This document shows, piece by piece, positions 26,201 through 39,363 of a DNA stretch of 64,000 nucleotides (positions are counted from its first letter, which is position 1; the number at the start of each line of letters is the position of its first letter). The notes beneath the pieces are model-generated. The model was not told where the DNA came from. It was given only the letters and a program-made list of their open reading frames with translations, and ran no database searches. The translations under genes and the position numbers were made by a program. Source of the DNA: Eledone cirrhosa (lineage: Eukaryota); assembly GCA_964016885.1 (NCBI GenBank), contig OZ024747.1, positions 47,740,001-47,804,000 of the forward strand. The letters are read 5' to 3'.

Positions 26201-28288
26201 AGGGCTTCAGTCCTACCATAATATAGGGTGTAAAGTTTATTTGTTAGTGATATTTGTCAGACAATACTGTTTGTGCTTTTTAAACGTTTAGTCAGGAAGT
26301 GACCTTTTTCAGGGCCTCAGAGTTTGGTAAGAGAGGAAGAAGGTGCCATCAAATTAGAGACCTCGCCTGAATGCTTGCAACAGTAGATTCTGCTAAAGGT
26401 ACCGAAAGGCCAAGTAGTGGTATTAAACCAGGCAATAGATTAAGTCCACCACTCAAGTAAGCTACAGCAGGATTTCAGCTTAGAATGCAAATAGCTGGGA
26501 TAAATACCGAAAGGATGAAAGGCAAAGCTCAGCAGGATTTGAACTCAGAGCACAAAGAGCCAGAAACAGACACAGCAAAGCTTCTCATCCAGTGATTTAT
26601 TTCACTAATCCAATGGTCCTGAACTGGTACATTACTTATCAACCATGCATAGAAACCACCATAACAACAACACAAACATTTAGCAACACCATCATACACA
26701 TAAAATTACCAACCCATCAAAACAACAAAAATCACTACAAACCAGGCAGTTGGTTTTTCAAAGGTTCCAAAATCTGCTTTAGTTTCTCAGTCATTTCATC
26801 CTGTTTGCCATATTCATTACTTGAATTCCCCATTAAGGAAAACAGCAAATTCTGGACATTGGCAACAACAGGACTTGGTGTATGATCTATAATTGCAGGA
26901 CTGTCTTGAGGTGGTGGCGGTTGAATTTGGGGCTGCAAGGAAGCCATCAAGTTGGCTAGTTCCGGTGGTAAATTGACTCCAGCTGATGATCCTGGTTCGA
27001 TTCCTTCCATTGGGGTCACTATTTCTTGCGTATGGTCATAGGAATACTCTTGTTCTTCTCCAACTGATGCATGTTCCTGGTAAATAAAATATCAGATGTA
27101 ACAGATTTTGTCTCAATTTCTGAGATGAGGAATTATTATTATTATTATTATTATTTGGCACAAGGCCAGCAATTACCCAGTGCATTACTGGTACTTTATT
27201 TTATCGACCCTGTAAGGATGAAAGGCAAAGTTAATCCCGCTGAGGTTAACTTTGCCTTTCATCCTTACGGGGTCGATAAAATAAAGTACCAGTAATGCAC
27301 TGGTGAATTGCTGGCCTTGTGCCAAAAGTAGAAACTATTATTATTATTATTATCATTATTATTATTATTACTAAAAGAAAAACCCACCTTCCGGGTGGTA
27401 GTGTGTATATTGATATTATATATGCATGTAGATATGATACATCAAATAAAATCGTAATTGACAATATGCACAGAAATTGAAGAGAGACTGCATTACATTC
27501 TCTTCCGTAATCAGTAAAGCAATTCATGATACATTTTTAAAAAATGATATTATATACAAACTGCATTACAGCGAAATGTTATGAAAACGAAAAAGGAGAA
27601 AATTAGCAACAGAAATATAAACGTTATATAACGATGAATGTTTATATAAGTGAAGTGAAATTGCGTACGGCGAAGTGTTATGATAAAATGGACGCTAACC
27701 GGAAGTAAGGACATTTGAAAATTTTAAAAGAAGTGAATCGAAAAATAAGCAACACATTATATATAAGAATATTTATGTTTAATCAAGAGCTACAAAATTT
27801 ATTAGATAAATTACATGATTTATTCAAAGTAATCCAACTTATTTTAATAACGTGTTCAGAAAAAATATCCCTACACAGTCTCGCAGTTCTCCAATCATTA
27901 TATATTAAATTATTATTATTACAGATAGAAGATTGTGTTGGTGTAGACACATAATCTGCATGGATGATTACAGTTGGGTGAAAATGAGCCAGAAATTATA
28001 AGTGGAAAGAAACTGTGGATGAGGAAAGGCAAGGAAGACTTAGGCAGAGGTAGTGAGAGCTCATCTCAGGATGCTAGACTTCACCAAGGAGATAACTATG
28101 GAATGTAACACATATTGAGATGCTATGTCAGATAGAAGAATTCACTGGTTCATCAAAATGTAGATGCAGAGAGAAGAGAAGATATTTTGGAAAGAGAAAA
28201 GGAAGACAAACGAGAGAAAATGAGGAAAAAACAGGAGAAAGCCTGAAGCACATATAGTTGCAAGCCAGACATCTTTAGAAAACACACG

Positions 28289-28349
<61 letters not shown>

Positions 28350-28420
28350 CATACATATTGGTAATATATATATTTATATACACAAATATACATTTGAAGT
28401 ATATATTTAAATAAACATTA

Positions 28421-28503
<83 letters not shown>

Positions 28504-29625
28504 ATCTATAATGAAAGGCAGATTGTATGATGCTTGTATACGAGTGGCAATATTACATGGTAGTGAGACCTGGGCAAAACTTGCGTAGTTTAGAAAGAAA
28601 CGAAGCTTGCATGCTCCGATGGAAGCATTAACGAATTGAGAGAGACTAAGCATAAGAGGTATCATATGTTGTGTGCAGGAGAGGAGATTGCGTTGGTATG
28701 GACATGTGATGTGTATGATGGACAACAGCTGTATAAAGAAGTGCAGAGTGATCAAAATTGATGGAAGCTACGGAGTGGGAAGACCAAGAAAAACCTGGGA
28801 CGAGGTGATAAAAACTAACCTTGCTCACTTACACCTCTCTAACACAATGACACTGGATCGAGATCTTTGGCGCAATGCAGAAGACCCGCCTTCCCGTGCA
28901 TACAAACTTAAACCTACAGTCAGTAAGCACCTCTTAACCCAATATACACCCCACCCCACAACACCTACTCCATCCCCCCCCACTTCCATTCCCTGCAAAG
29001 TGGTCGTGTAGGTGACACAACAAAAAGCACCCAGTCCACACTGTAAAGTGGTCGTGTAGGAGACACGGTGAAAAGACTCCCAGTCCACACTGTAAATGTG
29101 GTTGGTGTTAGGAAGGGCATCCAGCCATAGAAAACCTGCCAGAAACAGTTCTGTACGAGCGAGACATGGTCTCTCGACTAATGTCGCCTCAAGTGGGACA
29201 AAACTGTCCAACCCATGCTAGCGTGGAAGATGGACATTAAACGATGATGATGATGATGAAACATTAGTATATATATATTTACATACACAAATACATTGGT
29301 AGTATATATTCATATAAACACATACACATTAATAGTATATATTTATATGCAATGGTAATATCTACTTACATCTTCCAGAGGAATGACTTTGTGTTCTTCT
29401 TGTTCAACAGGTTCTAAGTCTGGCTCAGTTGGTCCATCTGGTAACCTAAAGAAGAGGAACAGAGAAATGTAGAGAAATTGAGAGAGAAAGATGACTAAAT
29501 AAATATATATATATATAGTTATGTAATAAACAACATAAGATAATTATTTCATTTACCAGTGGTTTCTTGAAAGCAGATGCTAGATCTGTTTTCAGTCGTC
29601 AGAATGAATAAAAAACATGGATTTG

Positions 29626-29696
<71 letters not shown>

Positions 29697-32600
29697 TGGC
29701 GGATAAAGAAATAGAGAGAGAGAACATCATCATCATTTTACGTCCGCTTTTCCCTGCTTGCAAGGGTTGGACGGGTCCTATTCAGCACAGCATCTCTCCA
29801 CTTGTCACAGTCCTTCGTCATCTCCTCAGTGAGTTTCAGCAATCTGAGGTCTGCTCTCACCACCTCCGCCCATGTTTTACGTGGTCTACCTCTACTGCGT
29901 CTTCCTTCTACTGGGATTTCTTGGCACTTCTTTACCCAACGGTCAACCTCCATACGCATCACATGTCCATACCATCTCAGCCTTCTCTCCTGCACACCAC
30001 AACTTATCCCTCTTATACCCAGTTTCTTTCTCAACTCATCTATGCTTGGTCGTTCACGCACATTGACATTGCACATCCAACGGAGCATACTTGATTCATT
30101 TCTCTCCAGCCGTCTCATATCCTCTGCAGGTTGCTGCCCATGTCTCACTACCATGCAGCATCGCGCATCTCACACAGGCATCATATAACCGTCCTTTTGT
30201 ACGCATGGAAAAACCCTTCTTTGTCAACAAAAGAAGCAGCTCCCTAAACTTCTTCCAACCCGTCCTTATTCTAGATACTATGGCCTCGGAACACCCCCCT
30301 CCCATGCTAATCTGATCACCTAGGTACCAGAAGCTATCAACCACTTCTATAGAACCCACCTGCATTGAAAAATGTGTCTATCACTGCGATTACTACTGCC
30401 AACTATCCGTGTACATCTACTGCATGTGTAGTTTTTCCTACCTGTTAGTTTGCCTACTATCCCGCTACATCTCTTGTGTACCCAAGATCTGCATTGCGTG
30501 CATTTTATGGAATTTATGCCAGTTCCTTTCCTACATATCGAACATGGCCATTTCCCTGATGGAATTGGAGTATTGTCCTCTCTTCTACTTATCAACAGTA
30601 GAAAGATAAAAGTTTAGATAGATAGATAGATAGTCAGAGCAGTTGAAAGATGGAGATTGAAAAGACAAAAAGTAACAGAGAGACAGAGGCGAATTGAGAT
30701 AAGGGGGTAGATAGAGAGAGAAAGAAACAACTGGTTCGCAAATATATTTTGTCACAGAGCCCTTATATGATTTTTCAAAAATCACAGAACCCCAAATCTA
30801 TATTTTTCAGGTAATCTCTGCCACACTAATTTTGAAAAATAAAAATGAAATTTACAGCTCACACCAATATTGGGTTCACTGGTCTCCTAAGGGGTTGTAT
30901 CTCATAGGAGGTTTCTTGGGTATTTTAATGATAGAAGCCTGACTATCATGAAGAGTGATAGGAAATGAAGTGTCTTGTTCATTAATACACTGCCCAGTCT
31001 GAGAATGAAACCTATGACATCATTAATACACTGTGCAGTCTGAGAATGAAACCTATGACATCATTAATACACTGTGCAGTCTGAGAAACCCATGACACTT
31101 CTTTTAAAAAGACATTAAATGAAATAAAATTGTTTTAGAGAAATAATTTACTAAAATGTAATACCAGTGGTTCCTGAAACCTTATACAATTTTCCAAATG
31201 ATTGCAGAACCCATATCAATATTTTATGGAGAAACCTCAACTCACAAATTTTTATAAAACATTAAATGGAACAAAAATTGTTTTAGTGAACAGAATTTAT
31301 TTATATATAAAAAAAATAAACAATTATTCTATTAAATTTTATTTTCTGACTTTATCTCAGGACACAGAATTTTTCTATGAAACTCACTTTGGGAAATATT
31401 GGTGTAAAACAGTGAGAAAAACAGGAGATATTTGAAGGAAATAATAGAAATATATAAACATATATGAATAAATGAAATTAAGAGACTATTTCGTTAGACA
31501 ACCTGTAATAAGTATGGGAGGTAACTCTTAATATATACATGTTCTCTCCCTTCTTTGTCAGTTGCTGCACTTAGAATACTTTTATATCTATATAATTGTG
31601 TAATTCGCAGAAAGACATAGCATCTTATCTTTGTCTGAACCTGTTTTGTTACGTCCCAATGTGCACTGGAATGAATGGTATCAACCTTAATGTACCCAAA
31701 ACCATAGTAATTTCCAGAGGTTGACTGAGGAGATGGGCTAGTTCGTTTTTCTGGTGTTTGTCCTGTAGGCCTCCCTATTTTGAATATATACACTGTGTTT
31801 CAAATTATTAACAATGTAACCTCATTTATGTGTTCCTTTTGCAAAGTGCCATTATGTAAAAGCTGTTTTGGCCAATTTCATGATAGAAATATTGTCTGAC
31901 AATATTTAAAAAATATTTTTAAAATATATTGGAACACAGATACAAAAACACCTACATTCACCTGTGTCACACCTCATTACACCTGTTAATGGGCACATTA
32001 TTTTATATGAATCTTCTGAGTACATTGTGTAAGAGTATATTGCCAATAATATTTTGACTGGCGAAAGAGTTTTATACATTTTTCTCAATGAAAATATTTG
32101 CATGAAATGTAGAGACAGACTAAAACCATGTACTGATTATACCTGCATTTTAAATTAATTCACCTGTTCGGAAAAGTGCTAAAGTTGTTGGAAGTCAACA
32201 TCTAGGACATTGTTGGATATTTTTTGTAACAAATCTAACAGGTAAGTCAGATAAAGTTAACATTTTTGTGTTTATCCATAAAGTTATTACTTTTACACCT
32301 GTTAATTAATTTCATCTGCCCATAAAAGTCAAATTTAACAAAAACAAAATCAGGTAAAAATATATAATTGTAAATTATTGATATTTAAACATCTGACAAA
32401 ATTTCAAGTCTTGCACATAGAAAATTAAGAAAGGGCACCAAGTTGTAGAAACATGCAAAACAATGGGTCGGTGGCACTCTTTAGTTTGTCTAGGATATAA
32501 CAGCCTCACTAGTGCTGCTTGCACAATAAAATGCACCCAATACATTCTTAAAGTGGTTAGTGTTAAGAAGGGCATCCAGCCATAGAAAATGTTCTAAAAA

Positions 32601-33342
32601 GGGCTAAGAAGACTTAGTTGTATAAAGGATATTACAACCAACCTAAAATGGTTGGTCACAGAAAAGGCATCCATCTGTAGAAACCAGGCCAAAAACCAGA
32701 ACATATATAAGATGGTCCCCAGCCCTTCTAGGAAGACAGTAACTGACTACATACTGACTTGTCAGAGTGTGCAAAAGTAGACACTGTCACATTACATTCC
32801 ATATGTCAGAATATGAAGTAAAATCTTCAGTTGAAGGTTCATTCGTGATATATCCTGAATAAGAGATCTGATGGCCATGCTTAGTCATTCAGCCAGTTTC
32901 CAGCAGGCCTTAGTCATTCAGCCAGCTACCAGCATGCCTTAGGTCCGGTCAATAAGGGCTCACCCAGCACTACACAGCAGCAGCACAACCACCACTTACA
33001 GCAACAACAACAACAATATTGATAAATATATTTAAGAGGAGAATAATATTTGTCTTCCTTAAAGAAATGTGTATGTTATGATTATGAATATAAAAGGAAT
33101 AGAATATACTTACATATGCTTGGAAAAATATAGAGCTTGGAGCACACCCTGCTCCCTCTGCTTTTGGATGTCTTTCTCCAAACTGTTGCAGCCATTCTCT
33201 GTTAACAGGTGACCCTCAAAGGTTTTCAGTTTCTGCCACTGTAAGTATAAGATAGCCACATGTAAAATATACCTCCTATACCAACAGTATAGAAAATTAT
33301 CTCATTAGTTCTACCAGCAAAAGGTTAGGATAGCTATCCTAG

Positions 33343-33389
<47 letters not shown>

Positions 33390-34139
33390 ACACCTATATA
33401 TTTTACATATATATGTATATATATATAAATAACAAAAAGTTATCGCTCTACATGGCTGAGATTTTCGAATATTGATATTTATATTCGATTCATTTGCAAT
33501 TATGCAAACAGCCTCTTTTTTAAAGCCTTGTCAGTAGAATTAGCCCCTCATTCTTGCTCTCGTGTCTGCATGTAAACATGCAGTTCTGTTTACATAATTG
33601 CAAATGACTTGAATATTATTATCAATATTCGAAAAACTCAGATTGCATATATCTATATATACATATATATATATCATCATCATTATCATCATTTAACGTC
33701 CATCTTCCACGCTTGCATGGGTTTGGACGGGAGTTTTCCCACTTGAGGCAAGATTGGTTGTCTTGCTCGCATAGGACTGTCTGGTGAGTTTTCTACGGCT
33801 GGATGCCTTTCCTAACGCCAACCACATTTACAGTGTGGACTGGGAGGTTTTTACCGTGTTACCTACACGGCCACATTACAGCGTGGACTTTGTGTTTTTT
33901 TGTCGTGACACCTACACGACCTCGATGTTGTGGTACCAACATAACTTTACATTGAAAGAGGTGGTGTGGATGGGGTGGGGGTAGTGGGACGGGGGTGTAT
34001 TTTTGTTAGAGGTGCCTACTGACTGTAGGTTTCACTTTGTATATATATATACATATATATATACAATATACATACATACTTACATTTAAGTAAGTGCCGT
34101 ACTAAGAGTGAGAAATGAAATTTCGTTTCATTCTATTCC

Positions 34140-34199
<60 letters not shown>

Positions 34200-37100
34200 T
34201 TATATATATATAATACGGGAATACAAAAAAATACCACTGAGTGAACACATTGATACCTGTGCCGCCCAAAATCATCCCAACTTTAGAATCTTTCCCCTCA
34301 GATTAAAAAGAACCAATACAAAGGCCTCAAAAATAAAATGGATAACTTGAAAAAAAACAAATAAGATCCTCGTAAAATCTGACAAAACTAACAATTTATA
34401 TGGAATTTAAAAAGAAGATTATAATAATTTAATATTAAAAGAACTTAGAGAGAATTATAAAAAAAACCCTCTAAAGAAGATCTATCAACCTTAAACAAAG
34501 AAGCTCCCGAAATTATTTACAAATTAGGTATCCAAAATAGGACTCAACCCTTCATACTAAGACAACTGAAGGACCACAAAAGGAATTTCGAAGTGGAACT
34601 ACAAGTCAGATTTATTGCACCATCGAAATCCTATCTAAGTATAATTAGTAAACATATACTAGATAGAATCATACCAGTACTTAAGCATAAATCATACCTT
34701 AAACTTTTGAACGGTACAAACGAAGTGATCGATTGGTTCGCAGACATTAAATCAAAATATATTTTTTTTTATTTATACAAATGGATATTGCAAACTACTA
34801 CTCTTCAATAATCCCTAATCTATTTAATAAAGCACTAGTTTATGCATCAAAACATACCGACTTATCTAGCGAGGAAATAAACATTATTTTAACTGCACAT
34901 AAAACTCTTATTGAATTCAACAACCACCTTTGGACTAGGGCTGATAGACAGAACAACTTTGATATCACAATGGGATCATCTGTCTCCGTGCAGGTAACAG
35001 ACCTCGTTGGAATATTTATTCTTAACATAGAAAAATGCCGGAGATGGCCGGAGGTTTATATCGCAATGATATGTTACTTATAGTTGATAAGCATAGCAAT
35101 AGTGAACTTAGTAGAAAAATGAAAATTATCATAGAATTTTTTTAATAATTATAACCTTAACTTAGAAATTGAAAATGATAATAAAATTGTTAATTTCTTA
35201 GATGTTACTTTAAACATTAACTCAGGCCTATATTACGCTTTCCATAATGAAAACCTGAACTACGTAAGCTTCCATTCTAACCACCCTAGAAATGTCAAAA
35301 CTGCTATTGTCAATAGCGTCCAGCAAAGAACATCACGCATTTCAGCCAATAAAAATATATCTATATTAATAAAGCTGATGGCGGTATGTATGTAACAAAC
35401 TTTTCGCCAAGCGGCTGGACCAAACAGCACTAAATTTGCACCATAGATGTAACTTTTTCCAAGAAAGTGAAGGTATTTTTGTCTACTAAATTTCGTTAAA
35501 AGATTAAAGATATTTTATTGTTTATTTAAATATTCACTTCTTTAAAATTTTCAAATGTCAACACTGCCAGTTAGCGATCTCTCTCTTTCTTAGTCTGTCT
35601 TTTTAGATAGATACATGGCTATAACATCGCACCTTTATAATATGTCTCTGTATGTCTGCATTATGAAAACCATTCTGTACGTTGACTTCGCTTCTGTGTG
35701 TGTGTATATATATGTATATATAGTGTGTGCATATATATATATATATATATATAGTGTGTATATATATAGTGTCAGTATCATAAATAAGAGACAGTTTAAT
35801 TTGTACATTTTATTACACCATTCCTTTATACGTATGTGTGCAGGAGAGAAGGCTGAGATGGTATGGACATGTGAACATGTGATGCACATGGAGGATGACC
35901 GCTGGGTAAAGAAGTGCCAAGAAATCTCAGTGAAAGGAATACACAGTAGAGGTAGACCATGATTAACATGGGCAGAGGTGGTGAGAGCAGGCCTCAGATT
36001 GCTGAAACTCACGGAGGAGATGACGAAGGACCGTGACAAGTGGAGAGATGCTGAGCTGAATAGGACCCGTCCAACCCTTGCAAGCAGGGAAAAGCAGACC
36101 TATGATGATGATGATAAACATGTTATTTACTATTGTATAAAAAAGAAGTATAATTGTTTCTACTTTTGGCACAAGGCCAGCAATTATCCCAGTACATATA
36201 TAATATGACATTCCTCTCTCTTTTTAGATAGATATATAGCTATAATGTCGCGCGCTTAGAATATATGAGTAAGATATTTTAACGGTATTTCTATTACAAA
36301 TTTTATTATACTTATGTGCTGAGGGGAAATGCTTCTTAATAAGGGAGAGAAAGATTTTAGCTAATGGTGTGGCCACCTCCATATTATATGGTGGGTTATA
36401 CCATATAATGCGACGGGATCTATTTTTCCTTGGTCTATGTATATGTTACCTTATCGACAAATCCACTCTGAGCAAAAGCTTCATTGTAATATGTGGAATG
36501 GTCGGTGAAAATATGCTCATTTGTAGATAGACGAGAAAGCCTCAAAGAAACATTTCTTACCAGGTTCTTGGTTATGCTGGCAGCATGGTTAGAGTGCTTA
36601 CTGATGTAATTAACCATATCATTCGGCTTTCTATATGGGTAGTGCAAGCCATTCAACATATTGAGGGTAACGTTGAGGTAGTTTACGACCGAAAGGTTGG
36701 TCTCAACTGGAATGGTGAAGTTGAAGCCTTTAAAGAAGGCTGTGAGTTCTTTTCTAAACCTGTCGCAAGCATGGGGACCGCAGTTTGTCATGGTCAAAAG
36801 ACCGTCATCACGGTACAAACCACCACCCACATTAGGGAATTCTTCCTTGATAGAGAAAAGGAGAAGGCTAATAAGATCTGTAACCTCCGCCGAATCGCTG
36901 GCGCCCATACTCACATGGGTACTATTAGATTTTATCCAAATAGAGTCGTCAAAATTAATCACCGACTTACGGGCATTGAGGATGACATCAACTTCGAAAT
37001 CCTTAACCTCCATGAGCATTTTAGCGAAATTGATAGCTCTAAGAAGCGGTAAAGTGATGGAAGAGTAGTAGTTATTGATGTTGAATTGGATAAAATGGCA

Positions 37101-39308
37101 ATGTTCCTTGTTGCATATGCCATTGAATCAATTACAGCGAAAGAATTATTCCACAGTGCAAGAGCTTCTAATTTCAGGTATAATTCTATCTAAATCATTT
37201 TACAAAGTCTACCTAAATCACACTTTGTAGGGTTAATTAGCCGAATAGAAGGGTTGTTAGCGAAATTGGGTTTATGATCCTTCAGGGTAAAATGGGGAGA
37301 AATAGGGTCCAGAGGTTCGGTCCGGTACTGGATGTTGAGTTCTGAAGTGATTTTAAACCCAGCATCATTGATGTCATTAATGACACTCCGATTGGTTTTC
37401 CGGTAATCCTTGGTAGCAGGCGATGGTAAGTACTACGCTCCATTTGATATAGATTACCAGTTTTGTCGGAGTGGACGTGCACGGCATTAGAATCCTTAAT
37501 AGAACGAATTCTATTCTTCTGTAGGCACAAAGCAGCTACTAAATTCGCAAATTTCAAACCAACATAATTCGATGCAACAATCCCATAATTCAAGCTGAAC
37601 CACCCAGAGTCTATTATAATAACTACATACCAACCCACTGTTATTAACTGTCAACAGACCAACTAATCACTAAATCAACATCATAAACCTCCTAACCTTT
37701 CTTTCACTCTCTCTCCCTAAAACTATTTCACCTCTTCCCTTGTATCCTATGCTGTATCTTTTCACCTCTAACCTAACTTCTAATTTATTAATTTATCTTT
37801 TATACATTATTTATCATTATATTCTTTCTTCCTACTCTAACCATCTGTGATTTAACCAATACATATGTATATATTTAATATTTATTTTCATATTAATAAT
37901 TTCCTACCCTCATCACATCTTTATACTTACACACCACTATAACTTTAACCACCTCCACCGCCAACTCTATTTTCAACAATCATATTATGTTCATATATTT
38001 TTTTCATGTATATATTTTTTTATCATCTTCATTCTAACTTCTTTATTATTATTTCTTCTTTTGCTTTTTCTTTCTTTATTATTGATGTTGTTATTTCAAT
38101 TCTCCGTAGTATAAATAGAAACACTGAGTGTAATTTTGTCAGTTATTCTGATGATTTGATTACCGAGTGATTAGCAACCTTTAGACATCCTAATCAATGA
38201 AACAATTGTTAATACTGTAAATAAAACCCTTTTTGTACTGTTGACCATGTTATTCTTCACTCTTTCACTACACATATATATATATATATACATTTATTCA
38301 TATATACATATATACACATATATATATATATACATTTATTTATATATACATATATATACACATATATATATACATTTATTTATATATACATATATACACA
38401 TATATATATACATTTATTTATATATACATATATACACATATATATATACATTTATTTATATATATATATATATACACATATATATATATACATTTATTTA
38501 TATATACATATATATATATATTTATTCATATATATTTATTTATATATACATATATCATCATCATCATCATCATCATCATCGTTTAACGTCCATCTTCCAT
38601 GCTAGCATGGGTTAGACGGGAGTTGAGCCACTTCAGGCAAGGTTGGTTGGGTGACCGTGTCTCGCTCATATAGGACTATCTGGCAGGCTTTCTATGGCTG
38701 GATACCCTTCCTAACACCAACCACATTTACAGTGTGGGCCTGGAAACTTTTTACCATGTTACCTACACGGCCACATTACAGCGTGGACTGCATATAAATA
38801 TATATATCCTGTATGAGCAAGACATGGTCAGCCGACCGGGCACTGCCCATGACAGGACAACCTGTCTAACCCATGCTAGCGCGGAAGAATGGACGTAAAA
38901 CGGTGATGATGATATACATATATATATACAAGCAGGGAAAAGCGGACGTAAAATGATGGTGATGATATATATATATCATCATCATCATCATCATCGTTTA
39001 ACGTCCATGTTCCACGCTTGCATGGGTATGCTGAGTAAACTGGAACAATGTGAAATAAAGTGTCCGGGTGATGTGTTGTTTCCTGAGCAAGACACTTTAT
39101 TTCACATTGCTCCAGTTTACTCAGCTGTAGAAATGAGATGATAGGGACTGGGGTCCCTATCCACTGCAAAAAAGCACCCAGCACTCACTGTAAATGAGGT
39201 TGGTGTTAGGAAGGGCATCCAGCTGTAGAAATCAAGCCAAAATTAGTTCCCGTCTCCCCCTTGCAAGCAGGGAAAAAGCGGACGTAAAATGAAATGATGA
39301 TGATGATG

Positions 39309-39363
<55 letters not shown>

